Source: Candidatus Marinacidobacterium sp.
GTDB lineage: Bacteria > Acidobacteriota > Vicinamibacteria > Marinacidobacterales > Marinacidobacteraceae
Assembly: GCA_965220965.1 (NCBI GenBank)
Contig: OZ244852.1
Coordinates: forward strand, 1,792,001 to 1,856,000
Direction of reading: 5' to 3'
DNA length: 64,000 bases
Part shown: one piece after another, positions 17,950-26,689 of the stretch
Position numbering within the stretch: the stretch's first letter is position 1
Layout: each line of letters starts with the position of its first letter
Notes under the pieces: generated by a model
What the model saw: only the letters and a program-made list of their open reading frames with translations
Database searches by the model: none
Told to the model about the DNA's origin: nothing
Position numbers and translations under genes: made by a program

Positions 17950-19218
17950 ATGAAGCAGCGCCCTGCGAGGCCTCCGGTTGCGGAAAGACGTCCCGACGTC
18001 TATTGTGGCGACCTCTTTGGCGACGAGCCGAACCGCGTGACGCAACTGAAGCACTCTCCGGGTCGCGTGCGCGACGCGATCGTCGCCTGCCTCGGCGCAG
18101 CGCTGGGCGAACTCAGCGTCTCGGACATCCGGCGGTTGGTCACGGCCCGGATCGGCGATGTTCCGGCGTCCTCGGTGCGCTCCTATCTGAGACTGCGTCC
18201 GGACATGTTCGAACGAACGCAGCATGGCCGTTACCGGCTCAGGTCGGATCCGGTGGCGGCCCCGGACCATGTCGGGGCGGCATCGGACCCGAAGCGGGAA
18301 CCGGTGTTCGTGCGGAACGGCGCGGCGCTCTACCGCGATGACTGCCTCGAGTGGCTGAAGCGCCGCGAGCCGGACAGCATCCACGCCGTCGTCACCGATC
18401 CGCCCTACGGTCTCGTGGAGTACTCGGCGGTCGAACAGCGCAAGATGCGGTCCGGCCGGGGAGGGGTCTGGCGGATTCCTCCGTCCTTCGACGGGCACGC
18501 GCGATCACCCGTCCCGCGCTTCACGACGCTGCGCGCGCGCGATCTCGCACAGATGCGGGAGTTCTTCGAACGCTTCGGACGGGCGTTATCCCCCGTTCTG
18601 GTTCCGGGCGCTCATGTCTTTGTCGCCTCGAATCCGCTCGTGTCCCACATCGTCGCATCGGGACTGGCGGCGGCGGGACTGGAGAGCCGGGGGATGATCG
18701 TCCGGCTTGTGATGACCATGCGGGGCGGTGACCGTCCCAAGAACGCCCATGAGGAGTTCTCCGATGTCACGGTCATGCCGCGCTCCATGGCCGAGCCCTG
18801 GCTGCTGTTCCGCCGCCCGCTGGAAGGACGGGTCCAGGACAACCTGCGCAAGTGGGGCGTAGGGGGCCTCCGACGGCCATCGGCGCGCCGGCCCTTCGGA
18901 GACGTGATCCCGTCGCACCCGACGCGGCCGCCGGAGCGGCGTCTGGCGCCCCATCCATCGCTGAAGCCACAGGCGTTTCTTCGCCAGGTGGTGCGCGCCG
19001 CGCTGCCCTTCGGGCGGGGCGTCGTCCTGGATCCCTTCGCCGGATCCGGGTCAACCCTCGCCGCCGCCAGTCATCTCGGGTACCGGAGCATCGGCGTCGA
19101 GCTCTCGCCCGAGTACGCCGGGATGGCCTCGACGTCACTGCCGAAGCTGGAGGCGATCAGGTGTCCAGATACACCCGGCTCTGGCGGAGCTTCCGAATGC
19201 CCTGTCTGTGGAGCGTAG
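17950..19218 (+). CDS. DNA amino-methyltransferase (beta class, N4C/N6A) with N-terminal winged-helix-like domain
   Basis: DPPY (motif IV) precedes HPSLKP and LDPFAGSG (motif I). Confidence 0.92.
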   Translation: MKQRPARPPVAERRPDVYCGDLFGDEPNRVTQLKHSPGRVRDAIVACLGAALGELSVSDIRRLVTARIGDVPASSVRSYLRLRPDMFERTQHGRYRLRSDPVAAPDHVGAASDPKREPVFVRNGAALYRDDCLEWLKRREPDSIHAVVTDPPYGLVEYSAVEQRKMRSGRGGVWRIPPSFDGHARSPVPRFTTLRARDLAQMREFFERFGRALSPVLVPGAHVFVASNPLVSHIVASGLAAAGLESRGMIVRLVMTMRGGDRPKNAHEEFSDVTVMPRSMAEPWLLFRRPLEGRVQDNLRKWGVGGLRRPSARRPFGDVIPSHPTRPPERRLAPHPSLKPQAFLRQVVRAALPFGRGVVLDPFAGSGSTLAAASHLGYRSIGVELSPEYAGMASTSLPKLEAIRCPDTPGSGGASECPVCGA

Positions 19219-19762
19219 CCGTGCGCGTCCCGAGTTCACCACGCGGATTCCGCCGGAAGTCGTCCACGGTGACGCGGCCGAGATAGATCTCGGTGAATCG
19301 CATGGGCGCGCGGGCGGCCGCGGGCTCGGTGTCGTTGTCCACCGCGTAGACGAACACGCACATCCACTGTTCGCGCGCGCCGTGCGTGTCGACGGCGCCG
19401 CCGGGCTTCCGCGTGCTCTTGATCTCGACCCCCTCGTCTCCCGCCTTGACCGCGTCATCGGGGTAGCGACCCTGGACGATCAGATCCGGATGTCCGTTGT
19501 GGTGCCGATTTTCCACGAGCACGCGTGAGTGCCGCGCCATGCTCGCGGTAACCATGTCGGAAACGAGCCCCGACATCGCCGCGGGCCTCAGCATGTCATC
19601 GAGGCGCTTGAGGCCCTTCGCCGACAGGTGGGTGTTCACGTCGAAGAAGAAGTCGTAGATGTCCTGCATGACCAGCCCGAAGTCTTCCAGCCGGAGCATG
19701 TAGAGCAGCTCGGCGTCGGGATGGAATTTCGACGGATCGGGCGTCTGGCGGACGATGGGCAT
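19157..19762 (-). CDS. Putative type II restriction endonuclease (PD-(D/E)xK)
   Basis: HPDL...GVEIK motif; 201 aa; convergent with and overlapping the MTase gene. Confidence 0.7.
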   Translation of the reverse strand: MPIVRQTPDPSKFHPDAELLYMLRLEDFGLVMQDIYDFFFDVNTHLSAKGLKRLDDMLRPAAMSGLVSDMVTASMARHSRVLVENRHHNGHPDLIVQGRYPDDAVKAGDEGVEIKSTRKPGGAVDTHGAREQWMCVFVYAVDNDTEPAAARAPMRFTEIYLGRVTVDDFRRNPRGELGTRTATLHRQGIRKLRQSRVYLDT

Positions 19763-19989
19763 CGGAGGAACGGAATCGCGCCACGGGGGCGCGCCCGCCG
19801 CTGGGCAGGAGCCGGGCTGCGGTCAGGCGGGGAACGACATGCCTGGCCTTGCGCCGGCTGTTCGCGGCGCCTGGCGCTGCGCCCCGGCAGGCCAGTCTAC
19901 CGGGGAAGCCAACCGCGCCGGGGGGCCCGGCGAAGCCGGTGAACCAACCGGAGACCGGGTCGGTTCAGGCCGGGCGATCCACGGAACGG

Positions 19990-20029
19990 ATCGTGGCCGG
20001 GGAGGTCGTCCACCGGCTGGACGAATAGA
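19990..20029 (+). repeat. Direct repeat copy 2 (displaced 3' end of the amidohydrolase gene)
   Basis: ATCGTGGCCGGGGAGGTCGTCCACCGGCTGGACGAATAGA; both mismatches at third codon positions. Confidence 0.9.
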
Positions 20030-20100
20030 TTCTGACGGCGCCCCACAGCGGGAGCGGGGCGCCGGGGCGCGCCGGAGGTGCGGCGCGGGCGCGCCGCATA

Positions 20101-20235
20101 GCAGCCTGCTGACAAAGTCACGCGGCCCGGTTCTCCTGTAGGGGCCCTCGCTCACGCGCCTTGTCGGACGGGCGCCTCACCGCCAGTTCTCCCGGTGGGG
20201 CCTCGGCGCTGCATGGGACTATTTCTACAGGCTGC
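20101..20235. mobile_element. Putative MITE or IS remnant
   Basis: Imperfect terminal inverted repeats GCAGCCTGCTGACAAAGTC / GACTATTTCTACAGGCTGC (15/19, outer 8 bp perfect); no transposase inside. Confidence 0.55.
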
Positions 20236-20270
20236 CAATTTTCCGCCGGGCGGATAGCATCCCGCGGCCT

Positions 20271-21113
20271 ATGCGGCTCGCCACCTTGCGCACGCCGGGG
20301 CCGGAGACGGTTCTGGCGGAGATTTCCCCCGACGGAACCCGCTACCGGCTCCTCGGCAGCCCCGGAGACGCCCTCGCCGACCGGCTCGGACGGATCCCGC
20401 CGCCGGGCGACGCGTGGGACGGCGAGGTCGCCGGGCGTCGCTTCGCCCCGGTGATTCCGCGTCCCGGCGCCATCTGGTGCGTGGGGCTGAACTACGAGGA
20501 CCACCGGAAGGAGACCGGAAGGGCGAAGGCGGCCTGGCCGACGCTCTTCACCCGGTTCCCGGTGTGTCTCGTCGGCGCCGGGGAGCCGCTCGTCCGTCCC
20601 GCCGCCTCGCCTCAGCTCGACTTCGAGGGGGAGCTCGCGGTCATCATCGGGAAGCGGGGCCGGCACATCCCCGAAGAGCGGGCGCTGGAGCACGTCGCCG
20701 GCTACGCCTGCTTCAACGACGCCTCGGTGCGCGACTTCCAGTCGCACAGCAGTCAGTTCGGGCCGGGAAAGAACTTCCACCGGACCGGAGCGTTCGGGCC
20801 CTGGCTGGTGACCGCCGACGAGGTTCCCGACCCGCAGGCCCTCGAGATCCGGACGCGGGTCAACGGAGAGGTCATGCAGGAGAGCCACACCTCGCTCATG
20901 ACCTGGAGCATTCGGGAGCTGATCGCCTACCTGTCGCGGTTCACGCCGTTGCTGCCGGGGGACGTCATCTCCACCGGGACTCCCTCCGGAGTGGGCGTTG
21001 CGCGGGACCCGCAGGTGTTCCTGAAACCGGGAGACGTCGTGGAAGTCGAGGTCTCCTCGGTGGGACTCCTGCGGAACAGCGTCGTCGACGAAGAAGAAGC
21101 CGGGGCCGCATGA
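20271..21113 (+). CDS. Fumarylacetoacetate hydrolase family protein
   Basis: CVGLNY, DFEGELAV, FNDAS.RD, GKNF, TGTPSGVG motifs. Confidence 0.93.
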   Translation: MRLATLRTPGPETVLAEISPDGTRYRLLGSPGDALADRLGRIPPPGDAWDGEVAGRRFAPVIPRPGAIWCVGLNYEDHRKETGRAKAAWPTLFTRFPVCLVGAGEPLVRPAASPQLDFEGELAVIIGKRGRHIPEERALEHVAGYACFNDASVRDFQSHSSQFGPGKNFHRTGAFGPWLVTADEVPDPQALEIRTRVNGEVMQESHTSLMTWSIRELIAYLSRFTPLLPGDVISTGTPSGVGVARDPQVFLKPGDVVEVEVSSVGLLRNSVVDEEEAGAA

Positions 21114-22105
21114 CCGGACGCCGGCTTCGCGCGCACCTCGCGACCGATCCCGGATCGCCCTGGTACTACCGGCTCGACCGGGAGCGGTTCGAGGCGGAGG
21201 GACGCCGGTTCCCGGACGCGATGGCCCGGATCCTCCCGAGCTGGTCGGACAGCGACGAGGGCTTCGTCGAGGGAGTGCGGGATGCGGAGGTCCTCATCGG
21301 GTGGAAGTTCCCGAAGAACGACCTGGCGTCCCGGGCGCCGAAGCTGCGCTGGATCCAGCTCATCGGCGCAGGCGTGGACCACCTCTACCCGCTCGACTGG
21401 CTGCCGCCCGGGGTGAAACTGGCGAACGCCAGCGGCGTCCACACCGGCAAGTCTTTCGAGTACGTGCTCATGGCGCTCATCGCGCTGAATGGCCGCCTTC
21501 CGGAGCTCATCGCCCACCAGCGCCGGCGGGCGTGGAAGAAGATCCAGACCGGAACGCTTCCCGGCCGGACCGCGCTCGTCGTCGGTCTCGGCGCGGTCGG
21601 AACCGGGGCGGCGCGGGCGGCGAAGACGCTCGGGATGCATGTGCTGGGGGTGCGTCGAAGCCGGCGGCGCCACCGGTTCGTGGACGAACTATTCCGGCCG
21701 GACGAACTCCACCGGGCGCTTCCGCGAGCCGATCACGTGGTGCTCGCCGCGCCGCTCACCGGGGAGACGCGCGAGGTGCTCGGCGAGGCCGAGATCGCCC
21801 TCCTTCCCGAGGGGGCCGGGGTGATCAACCTGGGACGGGGGGGACTGATCCACCAGGGCGCGCTAGAGGCGGCGCTCGCGAGCGGCCGGGTCGGGGGAGC
21901 GTTCCTCGACGTGGCGTCGCCGGAGCCGCTCCCGCCGACCAGCACGCTCTGGGACGCCCCGAACCTGATCCTGACGCCGCATGTGGGCGCCGACGACATC
22001 CGGAACTACGTACCCCTCGTCCTGCGGATCGCGCTGGAGAACATCTCGCGGGACCTCGCCGGGCGCCCGCTGCGCAACGTGGTGAAGCCGGAACTGGGTT
22101 ACTGA
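21110..22105 (+). CDS. D-2-hydroxyacid dehydrogenase
   Basis: GAGVD, GLGAVG, INLGRG, LDV..EPL, TPHV motifs; ATGA overlap with the upstream gene. Confidence 0.9.
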   Translation: MTGRRLRAHLATDPGSPWYYRLDRERFEAEGRRFPDAMARILPSWSDSDEGFVEGVRDAEVLIGWKFPKNDLASRAPKLRWIQLIGAGVDHLYPLDWLPPGVKLANASGVHTGKSFEYVLMALIALNGRLPELIAHQRRRAWKKIQTGTLPGRTALVVGLGAVGTGAARAAKTLGMHVLGVRRSRRRHRFVDELFRPDELHRALPRADHVVLAAPLTGETREVLGEAEIALLPEGAGVINLGRGGLIHQGALEAALASGRVGGAFLDVASPEPLPPTSTLWDAPNLILTPHVGADDIRNYVPLVLRIALENISRDLAGRPLRNVVKPELGY

Positions 22106-22152
22106 CCAGCCGCCCGTTGGCGCGGGCGCCCCGTCCCGGAGACAATCGGGGC

Positions 22153-23928
22153 ATGAAGAACGACGAACGACGCGGCGCGCTCCCGATGGACATCCCGCCG
22201 CCCGGGCCCGACCGGCTCGGGTGGAACCGAAGGCGGTTCCTGACCGGGCTCTCGGGGGTGGGGCTCGGGGGCACGCTGCTCCCGGGAGTGCTCACCGCCT
22301 GCGCCGGCGACGCCGGCGAAATCACCGTCTCCATGCTGCGCGAGGCGCAGGAGCTCGCCGGGCTCGATCTGGGCGACGAGGAGCTCGGCAAGGTCGCCGA
22401 GCGGCTCAACGGGGAGGGGAGCCTCCGGGAGGCGTTCGAGGGGCTCCGCGAGCCCGAACTCCATAACCACACCCCTCCGTCGTTCGTCTTCCATCCCCTG
22501 CCCCCCGGGAAGGCGATGCCCGAGCTCACCGGCGGGATGGCGCCCTCCCGTCCCGAGGTGGAGCGGCCCTCGTCGGAGACCGACCTGGCCTTCCTGCCGG
22601 TGACGCATCTGGCCCGGCTCGTCGAGACCCGCCAGGTGTCGTCGATGGAGCTCACCGAGCTCTACCTGGCGCGGCTCGAGCGCTTCGACCCCGAGCTCCA
22701 CTGCGTCGTCAACCTGACGCCGGACATCGCCCGCCGGCAGGCCGAGCAGGCGGACGCCGAGATCGCGGCGGGCAACTACCGGGGTCCGCTCCACGGGATC
22801 CCGTGGGGCGCCAAGGACCTGCTCGCCGTCCGCGGGACGAAGACGACGTGGGGCGCCTCGCCGTACCGGGAGCAGGAGATCGACGAGGACTCCACCGTCT
22901 ACCGGAAGCTCACCGAGGCGGGGGCGGTGCTGGTGGCCAAGCTGACGATGGGCGCGCTGGCGTCCGGCGACCGCTGGTTCGGGGGCCGCACGAGGAACCC
23001 CTGGAACACCGAGCAGGGGTCGAGCGGGTCCTCCGCCGGGCCGGGGTCGGCCACCGCCGCCGGGCTCGTCGGGTTCTCCATCGGAACCGAGACCCGCGGC
23101 TCGATCATCTCGCCCTCGACCCGGAACGGGATCAGCGGGCACCGGCCCACCTTCGGCCGGGTGAGCCGGGCGGGCGCGATGGCGCTTTCGTGGACGATGG
23201 ACAAGATCGGCCCGATGTGCCGCAGCGCCGAGGACTGCGCGCTGGTCTTCGAGGCGATCCGGGGCGCCGATGGTCTGGACCGGGCGGTCCAGGACCCGCC
23301 GTTCCTCTGGGACGCGGCGGCCGATCCGGCGGCGCTCCGCGTCGGCTACCACCGGGCCTTCGTCGAGGACGAGATCGAGGACGACCCGGAGGACGCCGAG
23401 GGGACCGCGCAGCGCCGGGCGAACCAGGCGAACACCCGCGCCGCCATCGAGGCGCTCGAGGCCGCCGGGATCACCATCCGGCCCTTCGAGCTGCCCGACT
23501 TCGGGATCGGGTCGCTCGGGTTCGTGCTGACCACCGAGTCAGCCGCGGCGTTCGACGCGCTCACCCGGAGCGGCGACGACCGGATGATGCGGGAGCCGCC
23601 GGAGGAGAGCCGCTGGCCCGACACCTTCCGGGTCCAGCGGTTCGCGCCGGCGGTGGAGTACATCCAGGCGATGCGGCAGCGGACCCGGATCATGACCGAG
23701 TTCGATGCGGCGCTCGGGGACCTGGACCTCTTCATCGGATCCAGCCTCGGCCTCACGAACCTGACCGGGCACCCCGAGGTCGCGGTCCCGAACGGCTACC
23801 ACGAGGGATCGCCGACCAGCCTGCGGTTCACCGGGAAGCTCTACGGCGACACCGAGGTGCTGACCATGGCGCACGCCTACCAGCAGGTCACCGACTTCCA
23901 CCTGCGGCGACCGCCGGTCGGCGGGTAG
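22153..23928 (+). CDS. Amidase-signature family protein, Tat (lipo)protein
   Basis: NRRRFL Tat motif and LTAC; GPLHGIP.GAKD, GSSAG, GTETRGS. Confidence 0.9.
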   Translation: MKNDERRGALPMDIPPPGPDRLGWNRRRFLTGLSGVGLGGTLLPGVLTACAGDAGEITVSMLREAQELAGLDLGDEELGKVAERLNGEGSLREAFEGLREPELHNHTPPSFVFHPLPPGKAMPELTGGMAPSRPEVERPSSETDLAFLPVTHLARLVETRQVSSMELTELYLARLERFDPELHCVVNLTPDIARRQAEQADAEIAAGNYRGPLHGIPWGAKDLLAVRGTKTTWGASPYREQEIDEDSTVYRKLTEAGAVLVAKLTMGALASGDRWFGGRTRNPWNTEQGSSGSSAGPGSATAAGLVGFSIGTETRGSIISPSTRNGISGHRPTFGRVSRAGAMALSWTMDKIGPMCRSAEDCALVFEAIRGADGLDRAVQDPPFLWDAAADPAALRVGYHRAFVEDEIEDDPEDAEGTAQRRANQANTRAAIEALEAAGITIRPFELPDFGIGSLGFVLTTESAAAFDALTRSGDDRMMREPPEESRWPDTFRVQRFAPAVEYIQAMRQRTRIMTEFDAALGDLDLFIGSSLGLTNLTGHPEVAVPNGYHEGSPTSLRFTGKLYGDTEVLTMAHAYQQVTDFHLRRPPVGG

Positions 23929-23963
23929 AACCCGGTCGGGCGCATCGGCGGCGCCAGGAACCC

Positions 23964-23986
23964 CGGGGGGCGAGCTTCGCCCCCCG
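23964..23986. terminator. Hairpin between convergent genes
   Basis: Perfect 10-bp stem CGGGGGGCGA-GCT-TCGCCCCCCG; no U-tract. Confidence 0.5.
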
Positions 23987-24009
23987 TCCCGGCGGTCAGC
24001 CGCCCCGGG

Positions 24010-25335
24010 CTACATGTAGCGGGTCGGGTTCGCGGCGATCCGGCGGACGCTCGCGATCAGCGCGTCCACCTCGTGCGGCATGTTGTAGATGTGGGTCGAG
24101 GCGCGGACCGCGTTCAGGTTCCCGGTGCTCATCGTGCGGATGAAGACCCGGTCCTCCTCGAGGATCGCCTGCTGCAGGTTCTCCATCGGAATGTCGCCCA
24201 CCGAGAAGAGCGTGAGCCCGGCGGCGAGCTCGTTCCCCATCGAGGTCCAGAGCTTGACGCCGGGGATGTCGTTCAGGCCGTCCTTGAGCCGGCCCGCCAG
24301 CGACCGCACCCTCGCCTCGATGACGTCCTTGCCGATCACGTTCTGGAACTCCATCGACTTGACGAGGGCGAACTGGCTGGGAACGTGGCGCTGCCCGGTG
24401 TTCTCGTACTTCCGGGAGTCCTCGCGGAACCGCCGCTCGCCGTCTTCGCGGTAGGTCCCGGCCCCGATGAGCGGCCAGATGTCGCCCATCGTGTCCCGGC
24501 GGATGAAGGAGACGCCGGTGCCGGTGCCCGCCATGAGCCACTTCTGGCCGGCGCCGGCGTAGTGGTGGCAGGCCAGCTCGCGCATGTCGAGCGAGACCAT
24601 CCCGAGCGGATGCGCGCCGTCCACCGTGAGGTAGAGGTTGTGGCGGCCGCACAGCTCGGCGAGCTCGCGGACCGGCATCTGGAGCCCGGTGACGTAGGTC
24701 ATGTGGCTCACCATGATGGCCCGGGTGCGGGGGCCGATCGCGTCCTCGTAGATCGAGACGATCTGGTCCACGCTCTCCGGGGGAACCGGGATGTCCACCC
24801 ACTTGATCTCGACGCCGTAGCGCTCCCGGGCGTGGATGTAGGGCTCGATGCCGCCGTTGTGCTCGTGGGTGCACATCAGCACCTCGTCGCCCTCCCGCCA
24901 GTCGAGGCCGCGGCCGAAGATGTTCATCCCCTCGGTCGTGCTGCGGGTGTAGGAGACCTCGTCCGGTTCGGCGCCGATGAACTCCGCGACGATGGCGCGG
25001 CGCTCGTGGAGCTCGTCCCGCCGGTAGCCGTTCGTGGGATCGACCTGGATCTCGGCGTAGATCCGGGCCTCTTCGTCGGCGACCACCCGGGGCGTCGGGC
25101 CGAGGGTGCCGTTGTTCATGAACGCCATCCCGTCGACCACATTGAACTGGGAGCGCACTCTCCACCAGTAGTCCTCACCGGGGTTCGCCGGGGGCGTCAG
25201 GTCGGCGAGCGGGAGCGGCGGGACCGACCGCTGGACCACCGCGGCGGCGAGGCCCGGGGGGAGCGCCACCGCCCCGAAGGCGGCGGCCGAGGCGCCGAGA
25301 AAGCGGCGGCGGGAAAACAGCGACGGATCCGTCAC
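24010..25335 (-). CDS. Class V PLP-dependent enzyme (isopenicillin N epimerase-like) with Tat signal
   Basis: SRRRFL; NNGT.G, STTEG, VDGAH, AGQKWL (PLP lysine), RASTHIYN. Confidence 0.88.
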   Translation of the reverse strand: MTDPSLFSRRRFLGASAAAFGAVALPPGLAAAVVQRSVPPLPLADLTPPANPGEDYWWRVRSQFNVVDGMAFMNNGTLGPTPRVVADEEARIYAEIQVDPTNGYRRDELHERRAIVAEFIGAEPDEVSYTRSTTEGMNIFGRGLDWREGDEVLMCTHEHNGGIEPYIHARERYGVEIKWVDIPVPPESVDQIVSIYEDAIGPRTRAIMVSHMTYVTGLQMPVRELAELCGRHNLYLTVDGAHPLGMVSLDMRELACHHYAGAGQKWLMAGTGTGVSFIRRDTMGDIWPLIGAGTYREDGERRFREDSRKYENTGQRHVPSQFALVKSMEFQNVIGKDVIEARVRSLAGRLKDGLNDIPGVKLWTSMGNELAAGLTLFSVGDIPMENLQQAILEEDRVFIRTMSTGNLNAVRASTHIYNMPHEVDALIASVRRIAANPTRYM

Positions 25336-25522
25336 GGGAGAGCTCCTTGCCCCGCTGGAGGAACGCCGTCCCGGCGCTGTCCCGCGTCGGGGACGGATCC
25401 GGGCCCTCGGAGAGTCCGGCGCGCGTCCAGCCGGAATCGGCTGACGCTACCGGACTCCGGGCTCCGGTTCAACCGGCGCCCCCGCCGGTGCGGCGAAGAC
25501 GCTTCACGGATAATCCCGCACG

Positions 25523-26689
25523 ATGTCCGATGAGCCCACGACGATCCTGGTCGTTGATGACGAGCCCGACCTCGAAGTCCTGATCCGCCAGCGTTTCCGG
25601 AGACGGATCCGCCGGGGCGAGATGGCGTTCCTCTTCGCCCAGGACGGCGTGCAGGCCCTCGAGACGCTCGAGCGTCATGAGGAAGTCGAACTCATCATGA
25701 CGGACATCAACATGCCCCGGATGGACGGGCTGACGCTCCTGAACGAGCTGAAGGAGGCGAAGCCGAGGATCCGGGCGGTCGTGGTCTCCGCTTACGGGGA
25801 CATGCGGAACATCCGCACTGCGATGAACCGGGGGGCCTTCGACTTCGTGACGAAGCCGATCGACTTCCAGGATCTGGAGCTCACGATCGACAAGACGATG
25901 ACCCACCTGGCGGCGATGCGGGACGCGCTGAGCCAGCGGGCGCAGCTCCTCGCGCTTCACGAGGAGCTGCGGGTCGCGCGGAACATGCAGATGTCGATCC
26001 TCCCGAGGCAGTTTCCGTCGGCGGGCGACTCGGAGGTCCACGCGGTCATGACCCCGGCGCGCGATGTCGGCGGCGACTTCTACGACGTGTTCCGCCTCCC
26101 GGAAGACCGGCTGGGAGTCGTCATGGCCGATGTGTCGGGCAAGGGGGTCCCGGCGGCGCTGTTCATGATGGTGAGCCGCACGCTGGTCAAGGGACACGCG
26201 GTGAGCGCGCTCTCCCCGGCCGAGACCCTCACCGGGATCAACCGGCTGCTCGGGGAGGACAACGAACAGGCGATGTTCGTGACGCTCCTCTTCGGCGTCC
26301 TGGACGCGAAGACCGGCGTTTTCCGCTACGCGAACGCCGGACACTGTCCTCCGATCCTGGTCCGGCCCGGCGCCGAGCCAACCGAACTCCCCACGACGCC
26401 GGGCATCGCCCTCGGCGTCGTTCCCGAGATGCAGTACGTCGAGGCGAAGGCCCAGCTCGAGCCCGGCGACCGCCTGTTCCTCTACACCGACGGCGTCTCC
26501 GAGGCGGAAGGGCCGGATCAGGAGCTCTTCGAGGAGGGGCGCCTGAAGGCCGCCCTCGCCGGGGTCTCGGACCGGAGCCCCGAGGAGATCAACAACGCGG
26601 TTCTGGAGAGCGTGCGGTCGTTCACGAAGGGCGTGAGCCAGTCGGACGACATCACCTGCCTCACGCTCACCTACGGAGGTCCTTCGTGA
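25523..26689 (+). CDS. Response regulator receiver + PP2C (SpoIIE/RsbU-type) phosphatase
   Basis: VDDE...DINMP...KP receiver; VGGDFYD, ADVSGKG, YTDG, DDIT. Confidence 0.92.
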   Translation: MSDEPTTILVVDDEPDLEVLIRQRFRRRIRRGEMAFLFAQDGVQALETLERHEEVELIMTDINMPRMDGLTLLNELKEAKPRIRAVVVSAYGDMRNIRTAMNRGAFDFVTKPIDFQDLELTIDKTMTHLAAMRDALSQRAQLLALHEELRVARNMQMSILPRQFPSAGDSEVHAVMTPARDVGGDFYDVFRLPEDRLGVVMADVSGKGVPAALFMMVSRTLVKGHAVSALSPAETLTGINRLLGEDNEQAMFVTLLFGVLDAKTGVFRYANAGHCPPILVRPGAEPTELPTTPGIALGVVPEMQYVEAKAQLEPGDRLFLYTDGVSEAEGPDQELFEEGRLKAALAGVSDRSPEEINNAVLESVRSFTKGVSQSDDITCLTLTYGGPS

